Notes: a model not told the origin generated them from the letters alone. A DNA stretch of 44,939 bases from Actinomycetota bacterium (GCA_028695395.1 JAQVJB010000001.1:1-44939), one strand, 5' to 3'. Positions 28,443 to 38,924 are shown, counted from the stretch's first letter. Numbers and translations: made by a program.

Positions 28443-29501
28443 ATGACAGTTAGATTTGAAGGGATAATCGAAAGATACCGCAATTTTCTTCCAGTTGATA
28501 AAAACACACCGGTGGTAAGTTTAAATGAAGGATTTACCCCTTTGATAAGATCACAATATTTTTCAGAAAAATATAATGCGGAAATATACTTCAAATTTGA
28601 AGGGCTAAATCCTACAGGTTCTTTTAAAGACCGGGGAATGACCATGGCCATAAGCAAGGCAAAAGAAGCCGGGTCAAAAGCTGTCATGTGCGCCTCAACC
28701 GGCAATACTTCAGCATCTGCTGCTGCTTACGCAAGAAGAGGCAGTATGAGGTGCATCGTGATTATCCCTGAAGGAAAAATAGCTCTGGGCAAGCTTGCAC
28801 AGGCAATGATTCACGGTGCAGAAGTGCTTGCAATCGAAGGGAATTTTGATGATGCTCTTGATGTCGTAAGATATATAACTTCTAATTTTGACATAGCCCT
28901 TGTCAACTCGATCAACCCTTATAGGATTGAAGGGCAGAAAACAGCAGCTTTCGAGATATGCGACTGGCTTGGCGATGCTCCTGATTTTGTTTTTATACCG
29001 GTAGGCAATGCGGGGAATATAACTTCTTACTGGAAAGGTTTTACAGAGTATAAAGAAAGGGGCCTATCAAAAAAACTTCCGTCTATGATAGGCTTTCAGG
29101 CTGAAGGTGCTGCTCCTATAGTCAGGAAACATATAATTGAGAAACCGGAGACAATTGCAACAGCCATACGCATAGGAAATCCTGCAAGGTGGAAAGAAGC
29201 CGAGGATGCTGCCTGCCAGTCCAATGGTTTTATAGACATGGTTTCCGACACACAGATACTTGATGCGTATAAGGCCCTGGCACTGAATGAAGGGATTTTT
29301 TGCGAGCCTGCATCAGCAGCCTGCGTGGCCGGGCTTATCCAGGTTGCAGAAAAAGACAAGAATTTCATTTCAGAAAAACGGATTGTGTGCATACTTACAG
29401 GGCATGGCTTAAAAGATCCGGATACAGCGGTATCAAGCTCTGATGAAATAATCAAGGTTAAAAAAGATTATAATCAAATACAGAAAATACTTTCATTATG
29501 A
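28443..29501 (+). CDS. thrC: Threonine synthase
   Basis: PLP-lysine motif [24 protein letters not shown] and GNAGN loops. Sits between hom and thrB. Confidence 0.93.
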   Translation: MTVRFEGIIERYRNFLPVDKNTPVVSLNEGFTPLIRSQYFSEKYNAEIYFKFEGLNPTGSFKDRGMTMAISKAKEAGSKAVMCASTGNTSASAAAYARRGSMRCIVIIPEGKIALGKLAQAMIHGAEVLAIEGNFDDALDVVRYITSNFDIALVNSINPYRIEGQKTAAFEICDWLGDAPDFVFIPVGNAGNITSYWKGFTEYKERGLSKKLPSMIGFQAEGAAPIVRKHIIEKPETIATAIRIGNPARWKEAEDAACQSNGFIDMVSDTQILDAYKALALNEGIFCEPASAACVAGLIQVAEKDKNFISEKRIVCILTGHGLKDPDTAVSSSDEIIKVKKDYNQIQKILSL

Positions 29502-30433
29502 ATGAAAATAAAATGATTGCCAAAGCCAGGACTTATGCAACGGCTGCGAACCTTGGACCTGGTTATGATTGTGCAGGGATGGCTCTTGGCCTTTATAATG
29601 AACATGAAGTCTATGAAAATCCGGAAAATAAAGATTGCGTATTTATAGAAGGCAATGATAAGCACAGAATTGCAACTGACGGCAATAATCTTATTTGTGC
29701 TGCAATAAGAAAAACATATGAGATAAAAACTGGTAAAAAATTTAAAGATTTAAAGAAGAATTTTAAAATAATCTGCCGCATAGGTGTGCCTGTTGAAAGA
29801 GGTCTTGGAAGCAGCTCGACCGCTGTTGTAGCCGGTCTTCTTATTGCTGATAAGGTTTTTGGTTTTAAATTATCACAGAAAGAGCTTTTAAATATAGGAC
29901 TTGAGATTGAACCGCATCCTGATAATCTTGCACCGTGCATCTCCGGTGGTCTTGTTATATGCTACAGGAACAGGAAAAATGAGGTAGATTTTAAAAAGAT
30001 TAAGACAAGCAACAGCTTTAAAATACTGCTGGTAATCCCTGATTATAAAGTCAATACCAATGAAGCCAGGAAACTGATTCCTGATTCTTTCCCAAAAGAA
30101 GACGTTATAGCCAATATTTCAAATTTTGCATTGCTGATAAATAGTTTTGTATCAGGTGATTTTAAAAATGCGGCAGATTTTATAAATGACAGATTGCATC
30201 AGCCGTACAGAAGGTCAGTATATCCTGTTTCAATGGCTATTGTGGAAGAACTTAATAATAAAATAGGTCTTCCGTCTGCAATAGGAGGTTCCGGTCCTAC
30301 GGTCTTTTCAATAATTCCGGATAATAAAGTTCAAGATGCTGCTGAGTATGTAGAAGAAACTCTGAAAGTAAAATATCCGGATTTTGATTATAAGTTTACT
30401 TCAATAAGTGATAAAGGCAGTTATTGTTATTGA
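29498..30433 (+). CDS. thrB: Homoserine kinase
   Basis: GHMP kinase motifs [11 protein letters not shown] and [20 protein letters not shown] start/stop overlap with thrC. Confidence 0.9.
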   Translation: MNENKMIAKARTYATAANLGPGYDCAGMALGLYNEHEVYENPENKDCVFIEGNDKHRIATDGNNLICAAIRKTYEIKTGKKFKDLKKNFKIICRIGVPVERGLGSSSTAVVAGLLIADKVFGFKLSQKELLNIGLEIEPHPDNLAPCISGGLVICYRNRKNEVDFKKIKTSNSFKILLVIPDYKVNTNEARKLIPDSFPKEDVIANISNFALLINSFVSGDFKNAADFINDRLHQPYRRSVYPVSMAIVEELNNKIGLPSAIGGSGPTVFSIIPDNKVQDAAEYVEETLKVKYPDFDYKFTSISDKGSYCY

Positions 30434-30476
30434 AAAGACTATTCTTAATTTAATAAAAAAAATCTAAACAATAAAA

Positions 30477-31445
30477 ATGGATTATATACTTGGAGTTGAC
30501 GGAGGCGGAACAAAAACCTTAGCTGCAGCAGCAGATACGAATGGAAAAATCCTTGCTGAATTACAATTCGGTTCTTCAAATTTTAAAAGTTCCGGCTTTG
30601 AAAGAGCAAAGTCAACCTATACAAAAGGCATTCTTTCCATAATCAGGAAACTAAAGAAGTCCTTTAGCGATCAAAATCCTTTTTTTAAAAGTGCCTGCAT
30701 AGGCCTGGCTGGATTAAATACTGCTTATGACCGCAAGATGTTTAATGAACTGATATTAAATGATGATTTAAAGCCGGTTATGGATACCGGCAGCGCCCTG
30801 CTTGTAAATGATACCGTGATAGGCCTTGCAGCCGGCTCAATGAAAGAAAACAGGGTAATCATTATTGCTGGAACAGGGTCTAATTGTTATGGGGAAAATG
30901 CAGAAGGAATGCATGCAAAAGCTAATGGATGGGACCACATATTAGGAGATGAGGGAAGCGGTTTTTCAATGGGGATACATACTTTAAGGGCAGTCATGAG
31001 GGCATATGACGGCAGAGGTCCCAAAACTTTGCTTACGAAGAATGTTTTTGATTATTTAAGATTAAAGGATATCGATGAGCTCAATATGTGGACATACGAC
31101 ACTGAATTTTCAAAAGATCGTTTTGCTTCACTATCTTTGGTTCTTTGCAATACTGCTGAAATGGGAGACAGGGTTGCAATTAAAATATTAAAGAAGGAAG
31201 CTTTGGAAGTAATCATTAATATTAAAACCGTTGTTAAAAAACTAAAACTTGAAAATGAGGATTTTGATCTTGTTTTTGTTGGCAATAATTTCAAGTGCAA
31301 AGAATATTTCACTGATATTATTATGGAAAAATTAAAAAAGGATTTTCCATTTATTAATTTTTTACCACTTACAAACAGGCCCGTTGAAGGTGCAGTCCGT
31401 CTGGCAGTCAAAAATATAAAACAAAGCGAAAGGTTTAAGAAATGA
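30477..31445 (+). CDS. BadF/BadG/BcrA/BcrD-family ATPase, N-acetylglucosamine-kinase-like
   Basis: ASKHA-fold phosphate motifs GVDGGGTKT, GTGSNCYG and GDEGSG. These resemble GlcNAc-kinase-type members more than [4Fe-4S] dehydratase activators. ATGA overlap with the downstream reductase. Confidence 0.72.
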   Translation: MDYILGVDGGGTKTLAAAADTNGKILAELQFGSSNFKSSGFERAKSTYTKGILSIIRKLKKSFSDQNPFFKSACIGLAGLNTAYDRKMFNELILNDDLKPVMDTGSALLVNDTVIGLAAGSMKENRVIIIAGTGSNCYGENAEGMHAKANGWDHILGDEGSGFSMGIHTLRAVMRAYDGRGPKTLLTKNVFDYLRLKDIDELNMWTYDTEFSKDRFASLSLVLCNTAEMGDRVAIKILKKEALEVIINIKTVVKKLKLENEDFDLVFVGNNFKCKEYFTDIIMEKLKKDFPFINFLPLTNRPVEGAVRLAVKNIKQSERFKK

Positions 31446-33349
31446 AATGGAAATTGCTTGAACCAGTAAAAATAGGAGATAAAGTTTCTAAAAACAGAAT
31501 AGTAATGGCTCCTATGGAAACAAGGATGAGTACTATTTATGGTGATATAACGCAGAATATGCTTGATTACTATTCTGAGAGAGCAAAAGGCGGAGCAGGA
31601 ATTATAATAGTTGAAAATACTTTTGTTGATAATAAAGCAAGCCGCTCATCGCTTAGTTCTTCCGGCCTTTACTCCGACCATCTAATTGCAGGAAAGAATC
31701 TCCTTGCGGAAGCTATCCAGCAGGAAAATGCGATTGCGATAATACAGCTAAGCCATGGGGGAAGGCAGGCAAGAGAAGGCTCTACATGTTATGATGCAGT
31801 TGCTCCTTCTTCAGTAATGTGCAGTGTTACGCAAAGAGTGCCGAAAGAGCTTACAATTAAAGAAATAATAGAAATAGAAGATGCCTTTGCCGATGCAGCT
31901 CTTAGAGCCAAGCTTGCAGGATTTGACGGTGTGGAAATACATGGTGCACACGGATACCTGATTTGTTCATTCCTATCGCCTCTTACAAATCTAAGGAAAG
32001 ATGATTATGGCGGAAATGCTGAAAACAGGGCAAGATTTGCAAAGAATGTAATAAGGAAAGTCAGGGAAAAGGCAGGAAGAGATTTTATAGTAGGGTACAG
32101 GATAAGCGGGTCGGAATATATACAGAAAGGCCTGGAGATAAGTGATACCTGTAATTTTGCGTTTGAGATCCAGAAAGATATAGATTATATACATGTTTCA
32201 GCAGGAATATATGAAAGCCCGTCATTTTCAAATATACCCTCTACCTATGTCCCTGCAGGACAATTGATTCCGCTTGCATATGAGATTAAAAAAAGAGTAG
32301 CCATACCTGTTATCACCGTAGGCGCTCTTAATCCGAAGCTTGCTGAACAAGCCTTAAGGGAAGAAAAGGCGGACCTTGCTGCTTTCGGAAGGGCATTGAT
32401 TGCAGATCCTCAATTTCCGCTTAAGCTAGCGCAAGGAAGGGAAGAAGATATAAGACCTTGCATAAGAGGGAATGAAGGATGTATTTCCAGATTCTATACC
32501 GGTTGCGAGATAAGATGTGAAGTTAATCCTGCATGCGGCAGAGAGGCAAAGTATGTTATCAAAAAAGTAAGCGACCCTAAGAAAATACTTATTGCAGGAG
32601 GCGGAGCAGCAGGTATGGAGGCAGCAAGAATAGCTGCACTAATGGGGCATAATGTCACTTTGATTGAAAAAGAAAATAAGCTGGGGGGACATCTGATTGA
32701 AAGCACGACTCAGGAATTCAAAAGCGATGAAGCTGATTTTCTTAAATGGCTTGTAAGACAGGTTCAGAAAAGCAGTGCAAAAATAATTTTTAATACCGCT
32801 ATAACAGCAGATTTTATCAAAAAAGAAAATCCGGATGCACTTATTATTGCCCTGGGATCGGAATATTTGCGGCCTAGTATTAAAGGCTCAGAGAAAACCC
32901 TGCTGGCAGATGCGATTCTTAAAAACACTGTTTCTGCAGGAAAAGATGTAGCTATTATAGGGGGAGGCCTTGTAGGGTCTGAAACTGCATTAACGCTTGC
33001 AATGGGCGGGCACGATGTCACCATAATCGAGCAGCTTGAAACTTTAGCGGTAAAGCACGAACCGGGTACGCGGGAAGCTTTAATAAACAGGCTAAAGCAG
33101 AATAAAGTAAAAATACTTACCGGTAATGAGGTTCTTGAGATTAAGGACAATAGCATAATAGTCAGGGATAAGCCGGGGAACATAAGCGAAATAAAGGCAG
33201 ATACAATAGTGTCGGCAACCGGCCTGGCAAGCAGGAAGATATCGGAACTTGAAAACATCGTAGCCAAGACCTATGTTATCGGAGATTGTGTAGAAGCAAG
33301 AAAAATATACCAGTGCATTCACGAAGCCTGGTCAATAAGAGACGTATAA
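31442..33349 (+). CDS. 2-Enoate reductase / 2,4-dienoyl-CoA reductase-like flavoprotein (OYE TIM barrel + [4Fe-4S] + FAD/NAD(P) domains)
   Basis: OYE-type N-terminus (NRIVMAPME, HGAHGYLICSFLSP, RISG). Cys cluster CIRGNEGCISRFYTGCEIRCEVNPACG. Two Rossmann motifs, IAGGGAAGMEAA and IIGGGLVGSE. Confidence 0.85.
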   Translation: MKWKLLEPVKIGDKVSKNRIVMAPMETRMSTIYGDITQNMLDYYSERAKGGAGIIIVENTFVDNKASRSSLSSSGLYSDHLIAGKNLLAEAIQQENAIAIIQLSHGGRQAREGSTCYDAVAPSSVMCSVTQRVPKELTIKEIIEIEDAFADAALRAKLAGFDGVEIHGAHGYLICSFLSPLTNLRKDDYGGNAENRARFAKNVIRKVREKAGRDFIVGYRISGSEYIQKGLEISDTCNFAFEIQKDIDYIHVSAGIYESPSFSNIPSTYVPAGQLIPLAYEIKKRVAIPVITVGALNPKLAEQALREEKADLAAFGRALIADPQFPLKLAQGREEDIRPCIRGNEGCISRFYTGCEIRCEVNPACGREAKYVIKKVSDPKKILIAGGGAAGMEAARIAALMGHNVTLIEKENKLGGHLIESTTQEFKSDEADFLKWLVRQVQKSSAKIIFNTAITADFIKKENPDALIIALGSEYLRPSIKGSEKTLLADAILKNTVSAGKDVAIIGGGLVGSETALTLAMGGHDVTIIEQLETLAVKHEPGTREALINRLKQNKVKILTGNEVLEIKDNSIIVRDKPGNISEIKADTIVSATGLASRKISELENIVAKTYVIGDCVEARKIYQCIHEAWSIRDV

Positions 33350-33504
33350 TCTGTCTCCGTTTAAAAGTGCCAAATTACACGCTCCCGTTTACAAAAGCAT
33401 AATATTGTGATAATATACTTTTCACTTGATTTCAAAAAAGAATCAGGTATATAGTCGCTCTTTTAAATATATTTAAAGTCGTTGAACAGGAATAGTAAGC
33501 ATTA

Positions 33505-33872
33505 AGCGGCAAAGAGAGAGTCACTGATGGTGTGAATGTGGCTGCGCAGCTGGTGTCTGAATGGGTCTGTGAGATGCCTGGCAGAACTCCGGAAATCTAC
33601 TTGGAGTGATTGAACAGGAAAGTAAACCAGGACGGCTTCCTCCGTTATCATAGGATAGGGTATGTGAGTACCTGAAAAGAGCACTGGCTTAATTGTTTTC
33701 ATTGATGCTTCTTTGGAAGCGATAGATTGTATAATCATTAAGCAGTGAAGTAGAGTGGCACCGCGGGAATCAAAACCTCTCGTCTCTACATTTTCTCTCT
33801 TTTTTCAGCTATTTTTTTCTTATATTTTAGTTGGAAAAAGCGGGATTATTGTAAGATGAAAGAGGTTTTTTT
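33505..33872 (+). promoter_or_regulatory. T-box leader, tryptophan-specific (specifier UGG)
   Basis: AGAGAG GA-motif at 33512-33520. Stem I helix AGUCAC (33519-24)/GUGAUU (33606-11). Specifier loop ends ...CUACU-UGG-A, with UGG at 33602-33604. F-box CCGUUA at 33642-47. Antiterminator at 33750-33789: A1 GUAGAG/CUCUAC, 7-nt bulge UGGCACC, A2 GCGGGA/UCUCGU. Competing arm AAACCUCU (33773-80)/AGAGGUUU (33861-68), followed by a U7 run that begins within that arm (33866-33872). Confidence 0.85.
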
Positions 33873-33985
33873 ATTTCCGGGTGCTTTTTCTTTGGCCGGA
33901 ATATAAATAAAATCCAGAAGAAAAATTTATTATTACCTGGGCATCTCTTTCAAAAATATTAAAAAAACTTATGAAAGGAAAAAAA

Positions 33986-35353
33986 ATGGAAGACAAGACA
34001 AAAAAATATATACTGCCTGAAAATGAAATACCTTCTAAATGGTACAATATCAATCCTGATCTGCCAAAACCTCTGGCTCCGCCATGCAATCCCCAGACTG
34101 GGAAACCTCTTACTCCGGAAGAATTGGAAGTAATATTTCCCAGAAGCATAATCGAGCAGGAAGTCAGTATGCAGAATTATATAGATATTCCTCCTGAATT
34201 AATCCAGATCTATAGGATGTGGAGACCTACGCCACTGGTAAGGGCAGAGAGACTTGAACAAATTATAGGCACGCCTGCGAAAATCTTCTTTAAGAATGAA
34301 TCAGTCAGCCCTGCCGGGAGCCATAAGCCCAATACTGCTGTTGCACAAGCTTTTTATAATAAGAAAGACGGCACAGGAAGACTTACAACAGAAACCGGAG
34401 CAGGCCAGTGGGGCTGCGCACTTAGTTTGGCAGGAGCACTTATAGGAATTCCAGTAACTGTTTATATGGTCAGGGTCAGCTATGACCAGAAACCATATAG
34501 AAAGATGATGATGCATGCATATGGAGGAAAAGTACATCCGTCACCATCAAAAATGACTGATGCGGGAAGGGCGATGCTTGCACAGGACCCTGATTGTCCG
34601 GGCAGCCTCGGGCTAGCTATAAGCGAAGCTGTAGAAGAAGCTGTAAAAAGCGGAGGTGAAGCTAAATACAGCCTTGGAAGCGTATTAAACCATGTTATTC
34701 TGCATCAGACGATAGTCGGCCTTGAAACCAAAAACCAGTTTGAAAAAATGGGCATAACACCAGACATCCTTATCGGATGCGTTGGCGGAGGAAGCAATTT
34801 TGGAGGCTTTGTATTCCCATTTATTCCCGATAAGATGAAAGGTAAAAATATAAGGATGATTGCTGTAGAGCCTACATCCTGCCCGACTCTTACTAAAGGG
34901 GAATTTAAATTTGATTATGGGGATACTGCAAAAATGGCTCCCATAGTCCAGATGTATACCCTGGGACATGACTTTATGCCTCCATCAATCCATGCTGGCG
35001 GACTAAGGTATCACGGCATGTCTCCACAGGTCAGCTTGCTTTATCACGAAGGCCTGATAGAAGCAGTAGCATACCCGCAAAATCCGTGTTTTGAGGCTGC
35101 TATGATGTTTGCAAAAGCAGAAGGTATAATACCGGCACCGGAGTCCAGCCATGCAATAAGATGTGCAATTGATGAAGCAGTAAAATGCAGGGAAACAGGA
35201 GAAAAAAAAGTAATTGCCTTTAATCTGAGCGGTCATGGACATTTTGATATGACAGCATATGAAAAATATATGGGAGGAAAGCTTACCGATTATGAATATC
35301 CTAAAGAAATGATAAGGCAATCACTTAAAAAACTTCCAAAGGTGGAAATTTAA
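33986..35353 (+). CDS. trpB: Tryptophan synthase beta chain, TrpB2 (TrpB-like) type
   Basis: TrpB2-specific N-terminal extension ([19 protein letters not shown]...), PLP-lysine context [40 protein letters not shown] and PAPESSHA. The track ORF starts at 33971. ATG 33986 has AAGGA 6 nt upstream. Confidence 0.92.
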   Translation: MEDKTKKYILPENEIPSKWYNINPDLPKPLAPPCNPQTGKPLTPEELEVIFPRSIIEQEVSMQNYIDIPPELIQIYRMWRPTPLVRAERLEQIIGTPAKIFFKNESVSPAGSHKPNTAVAQAFYNKKDGTGRLTTETGAGQWGCALSLAGALIGIPVTVYMVRVSYDQKPYRKMMMHAYGGKVHPSPSKMTDAGRAMLAQDPDCPGSLGLAISEAVEEAVKSGGEAKYSLGSVLNHVILHQTIVGLETKNQFEKMGITPDILIGCVGGGSNFGGFVFPFIPDKMKGKNIRMIAVEPTSCPTLTKGEFKFDYGDTAKMAPIVQMYTLGHDFMPPSIHAGGLRYHGMSPQVSLLYHEGLIEAVAYPQNPCFEAAMMFAKAEGIIPAPESSHAIRCAIDEAVKCRETGEKKVIAFNLSGHGHFDMTAYEKYMGGKLTDYEYPKEMIRQSLKKLPKVEI

Positions 35354-35404
35354 AAATGCCTGGATTTATTTTTTCACATAAAAAATAAAATAATAAATTC
35401 TTTT

Positions 35405-35439
35405 AAATGGAGCAGCTTTAAGTCTGCTCCATTTTTTTA
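35405..35439 (+). terminator. Rho-independent terminator after trpB2
   Basis: Perfect 9-bp stem ATGGAGCAG (35407-15)/CTGCTCCAT (35424-32), 8-nt loop, then a T7 run. Confidence 0.8.
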
Positions 35440-35500
35440 TAGAATATCTTTTGGATTTATTGAAAATATCAAATAATATTTAATAGAATAAAGGGTAAAA

Positions 35501-36247
35501 ATGTTAAAAGACGCTTCTTTCATCTTTGCAATCATACTGGAAATAGGGGTACCTATATTAATAGCTTCTTTTATTGCAAAAAGATTTAAAGTTTCCTGGA
35601 AAATATTTTTTATAGGACTTGCTCTTTTTCTCGTTTCGCTTATAAGGATTCCTTTAAATAGCATTGTTCCAGAATTTTTAAGATTTAATTTCATGGGTGA
35701 GAAGTTAATAATTTTGTCCATATTATTTCCATCTTTTACGGCAGCACTTTTTGAAGAAGGTCTCAGGACCCTGGGGATAGGTTTGATTATAAAGCAAAAG
35801 AATTTTTACAAGGGCCTTATGTATGGAATAGGACATGGAGGCGGAGGGGAGTCAATGATTTTTGTCGGATTTTCCCTGCTCGCAAATTATATCGCATATA
35901 AATTATTCGGTTCCCTTCCCATGTTTGCTGCCCTAAAGGCAAATTTCGATTCCATAAACTGGTATATGCCTCTTATAGGAGCTGGAGAAAGAATGATGAC
36001 CATTGCGATACAGCTGGCATTTTCCGTACTTGTAATGGCAGCATTTCTAAAGAAAAAATATTATCTTATTATCATTGCTTTTATCATGCACATTGCAGTA
36101 GATTTTATTGCAGTCTATCTTGCTGTGAAAACTTCGACTTTATGGTCAGAACTTTCAGTACTTCTTTTTGCCATTATAGGTGTTTTAATAATTATATTCT
36201 TTTATCGTGATTATAAAAATAATGAAAAAACCGCAGTCCGGACTTAA
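35501..36247 (+). CDS. YhfC-family intramembrane metalloprotease-like membrane protein
   Basis: Seven or more TM helices. It has FEEGLRTLG and GIGHGGGGES motifs, as I recall them for the YhfC family. Confidence 0.7.
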   Translation: MLKDASFIFAIILEIGVPILIASFIAKRFKVSWKIFFIGLALFLVSLIRIPLNSIVPEFLRFNFMGEKLIILSILFPSFTAALFEEGLRTLGIGLIIKQKNFYKGLMYGIGHGGGGESMIFVGFSLLANYIAYKLFGSLPMFAALKANFDSINWYMPLIGAGERMMTIAIQLAFSVLVMAAFLKKKYYLIIIAFIMHIAVDFIAVYLAVKTSTLWSELSVLLFAIIGVLIIIFFYRDYKNNEKTAVRT

Positions 36248-36347
36248 GCAAAATAAGAATATTTTTTATTTCAAGGATAAGCAAGAAAAAATTAAATATT
36301 TAACGGACTGAAGAAGAAAGTCATACAGATAAAAAAATTTTTAAATA

Positions 36348-36383
36348 AAAAGGACAGCACTTTTAATAATGCTGTCCTTTTAT
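36348..36383. terminator. Bidirectional intrinsic terminator between yhfC-like gene and hcp
   Basis: 11-bp perfect stem AAAGGACAGCA/TGCTGTCCTTT with a 10-nt loop. T-rich tracts follow the stem on both strands. Confidence 0.8.
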
Positions 36384-36466
36384 ATTAAATATAATCAATA
36401 AGGAATTTTATATTATTATATTTCCATATATAATCCCGGCATACCCGGACATTATTACAGTTACCC

Positions 36467-38032
36467 TTATCCTAATATTTTTTTCAGGTCCTCTCCAGGC
36501 GTACTTATTGGAGAAATATTGAATTTTTCTACAAGGACTTTTAAAACATTGGAAGATATAAAAGCCGGCAGAGTTGGACCGAGATAAATATTTTTGATGC
36601 CAAGTGAAAGAAGTGTCAGTAATATGCATACTGCTTTCTGCTCATACCAAGACAGTACAAGTGTAAGCGGGAGCTCATTTACTCCGCAATCAAATGCATC
36701 TGCAAGAGCAAGAGCAACTTTTATTGCAGAATAAGCATCATTGCACTGACCCATATCCATTATTCTTGGAAGACCGCCTATTTCTCCGATATTCAAATCA
36801 TTAAATCTATATTTTCCGCAGGCAAGAGTAAGAATAATCGTATCTTTTGGAGTCATTTTTACAAAATCAGTATAATAATTTCTTCCAGGTTTTGCACCGT
36901 CGCAACCACCTACGAGAAAGAAGTGCTTGATTGCTCCTGCTTTTACAGCTTCAATTACTTTATCTGCAACTCCAAGAACAGTATTTCTTGCAAATCCCGT
37001 CATTAACTCAGAACCGCCATTTATTCCAGTAAAATGCATATCTTTATCCCATCCGCCAAGCTCGAGCGCTTTTTCGATTACAGGTGAAAAATCCTTAATA
37101 CCATTTTTGCTTTCAGGGATATGTTTCATTTCAGGATAACCTACAACAGATGTGGTAAAAACCCTGTCTGCATAACTTGTTCTTGGTGGCATAAGACAGT
37201 TTGTTGTAAACAATATTGGAGCAGGCATATCTGCAAATTCTTTTTGCTGATTCTGCCATGCAGTTCCGAAATTTCCTTTTAAATGAGGATATTTTTTCAA
37301 TTCAGGGTATGCTAGCGCAGGAAGCATCTCGCCATGAGTATATATATTTATCCCTTTACCTTCTGTCTGCTCAAGAAGCTGCTTTAAGTCCAGTAAATCA
37401 TGACCGGTTATGACAATAAACGGCCCTTTTTCAACATTTGTCGTTACTTTTGTCGGAACAGGATGCCCGTAAGCAGATGTGTTTGCTTCATCAAGAAGTT
37501 CCATGCATCTTAAGTTTATCTGGCCGAATTCCATAATAATATCAAGCCATTCTTCAATGCCATGGTTTTCACCCATAGCTTTTAGACCTTTATAGAACCA
37601 CTCAGTGATTTCATCATCTTTCTTGTCTAAAACATAAGCATGCCATGCATAAGCAGCCATACCTCTCATACCAAATAAAAGAGTTGAACGTAAAGAAACA
37701 ATATCGGTATCTCCTGACCATAAAAAATCTGCTGTTATTGTTGAATTGCCGCCAAGCTTCTTTATTTCATCAAGGACTTGTGAATTTAATTCCTCAATAC
37801 GGTCATAGTCAAAGTTAACATTTGTGATTGTTGCAAAAAGACCCTGCATAACAAGCTCATCAGCTTCTTTGCCAGGGCTTTTCCCTTCTGAAGCAATTGC
37901 CAGATTTATCATAGAAGCAGTAAGTTTATCCTGGTCATTTGCAACATCAGGTTTTTTACCGCAGACGCCAGACTTTACGCACCCTTTTCCTCCTGCTGTC
38001 TGCTCGCACTGAAAACAAAACATTTCATTCAT
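36467..38032 (-). CDS. hcp: Hybrid-cluster protein / hydroxylamine reductase
   Basis: N-terminal MFCFQCEQTAGGKGC...GVCGK cubane-cluster motif and conserved hybrid-cluster ligand regions (ITGHDL, TNCLMPP, GGCDG, MGQCNDAYS). GGAGGGAAT RBS. Confidence 0.93.
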   Translation of the reverse strand: MNEMFCFQCEQTAGGKGCVKSGVCGKKPDVANDQDKLTASMINLAIASEGKSPGKEADELVMQGLFATITNVNFDYDRIEELNSQVLDEIKKLGGNSTITADFLWSGDTDIVSLRSTLLFGMRGMAAYAWHAYVLDKKDDEITEWFYKGLKAMGENHGIEEWLDIIMEFGQINLRCMELLDEANTSAYGHPVPTKVTTNVEKGPFIVITGHDLLDLKQLLEQTEGKGINIYTHGEMLPALAYPELKKYPHLKGNFGTAWQNQQKEFADMPAPILFTTNCLMPPRTSYADRVFTTSVVGYPEMKHIPESKNGIKDFSPVIEKALELGGWDKDMHFTGINGGSELMTGFARNTVLGVADKVIEAVKAGAIKHFFLVGGCDGAKPGRNYYTDFVKMTPKDTIILTLACGKYRFNDLNIGEIGGLPRIMDMGQCNDAYSAIKVALALADAFDCGVNELPLTLVLSWYEQKAVCILLTLLSLGIKNIYLGPTLPAFISSNVLKVLVEKFNISPISTPGEDLKKILG

Positions 38033-38150
38033 ATTCCCTCCGATTCATTAAATAAAATTTTAAACTTTTATTATTAATAATTAAAAAATAATTGAAAGTA
38101 ATAAATTTATTTATTTTGCTTTTTTATAATATTTAATAACTATTTATTAA

Positions 38151-38912
38151 TCAAATGCTTTTTTTAGCATATACCTTAATGCTTAATGCATAATCTTCCA
38201 GGCTGTCAAAAGGGTATCTGGCTTCATCCATAATTTTTATATTGATAAAACCTGCTCTTTTTATGGAATTTAAATAATCATCTTTTAATATTGCGCCGGA
38301 TATGCAGCCGACATAGGCAGTACTGTCGTTTTTCACATAGTCCGGAAGCTCTTTTGTAAGAACTATATCCGAGACCATCAATCTGCCTCCGGGTTTTAAA
38401 ACCCTGAAAGCTTCCATAAAAACCCTGTCTTTATCTGTTGAAAGATTAATTACACAATTTGAGATAATCACATCTATTTTATTGTCAGGACAGGGAAGAT
38501 TTTCAATTTCTCCCAATCTGAATTCCACATTTGAAAAATTACCTTTTATTGCATTATCTCTTGCTTTTTCCAGCATTTCATAAGTCATGTCAACACCTAT
38601 GACTTTTCCGTCCAGCCCTACTTTTTGCGCAGCCAGGAAACAGTCAAACCCTGCGCCGCTTCCAAGGTCAAGAACAGTCTCACCTGTCTTAAGAGATGCA
38701 ATCGCGACAGGATTGCCGCAGCCAAGGCCAAGATTGGAACCCTCAGGTACTTTTTCAATATCTTCGTCCGAGTATCCCATTACAAGACTCATCTCTTTCT
38801 CCATTCCCGGCTGCCCGCAACAGTTACCAGTTGAAGATGAACAGCAGGAACTGCCTTTTGCTATTTTTGAGTAACCTTCCCTGACAATTTTTTTTATATC
38901 TTTTTCTTCCAT
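38151..38912 (-). CDS. arsM: Arsenite S-adenosylmethionine methyltransferase
   Basis: N-terminal VREGYSKIA + CC-rich segment, GLGCGNP, SAM-binding VLDLGSGAGFDCF, ISNCVINL and YVGCISGA. These are the conserved ArsM/AS3MT cysteines and methyltransferase motifs. Confidence 0.88.
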   Translation of the reverse strand: MEEKDIKKIVREGYSKIAKGSSCCSSSTGNCCGQPGMEKEMSLVMGYSDEDIEKVPEGSNLGLGCGNPVAIASLKTGETVLDLGSGAGFDCFLAAQKVGLDGKVIGVDMTYEMLEKARDNAIKGNFSNVEFRLGEIENLPCPDNKIDVIISNCVINLSTDKDRVFMEAFRVLKPGGRLMVSDIVLTKELPDYVKNDSTAYVGCISGAILKDDYLNSIKRAGFINIKIMDEARYPFDSLEDYALSIKVYAKKSI

Positions 38913-38924
38913 TTAAATCCTATC

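Noticed and set aside
30477-31445. BadF-family ATPase as an electron-transferring activator of a 2-hydroxyacyl-CoA dehydratase or benzoyl-CoA reductase.
   Set aside because: The motifs (GTGSNCYG, GDEGSG) resemble GlcNAc-kinase-type members. No dehydratase or reductase subunits are adjacent.
33502-33738. 78-aa minus-strand ORF in the trpB2 upstream region (also 33871-34149, minus strand).
   Set aside because: The first is fully explained by the plus-strand T-box leader. The second overlaps the well-supported trpB2 5-prime end in antisense.
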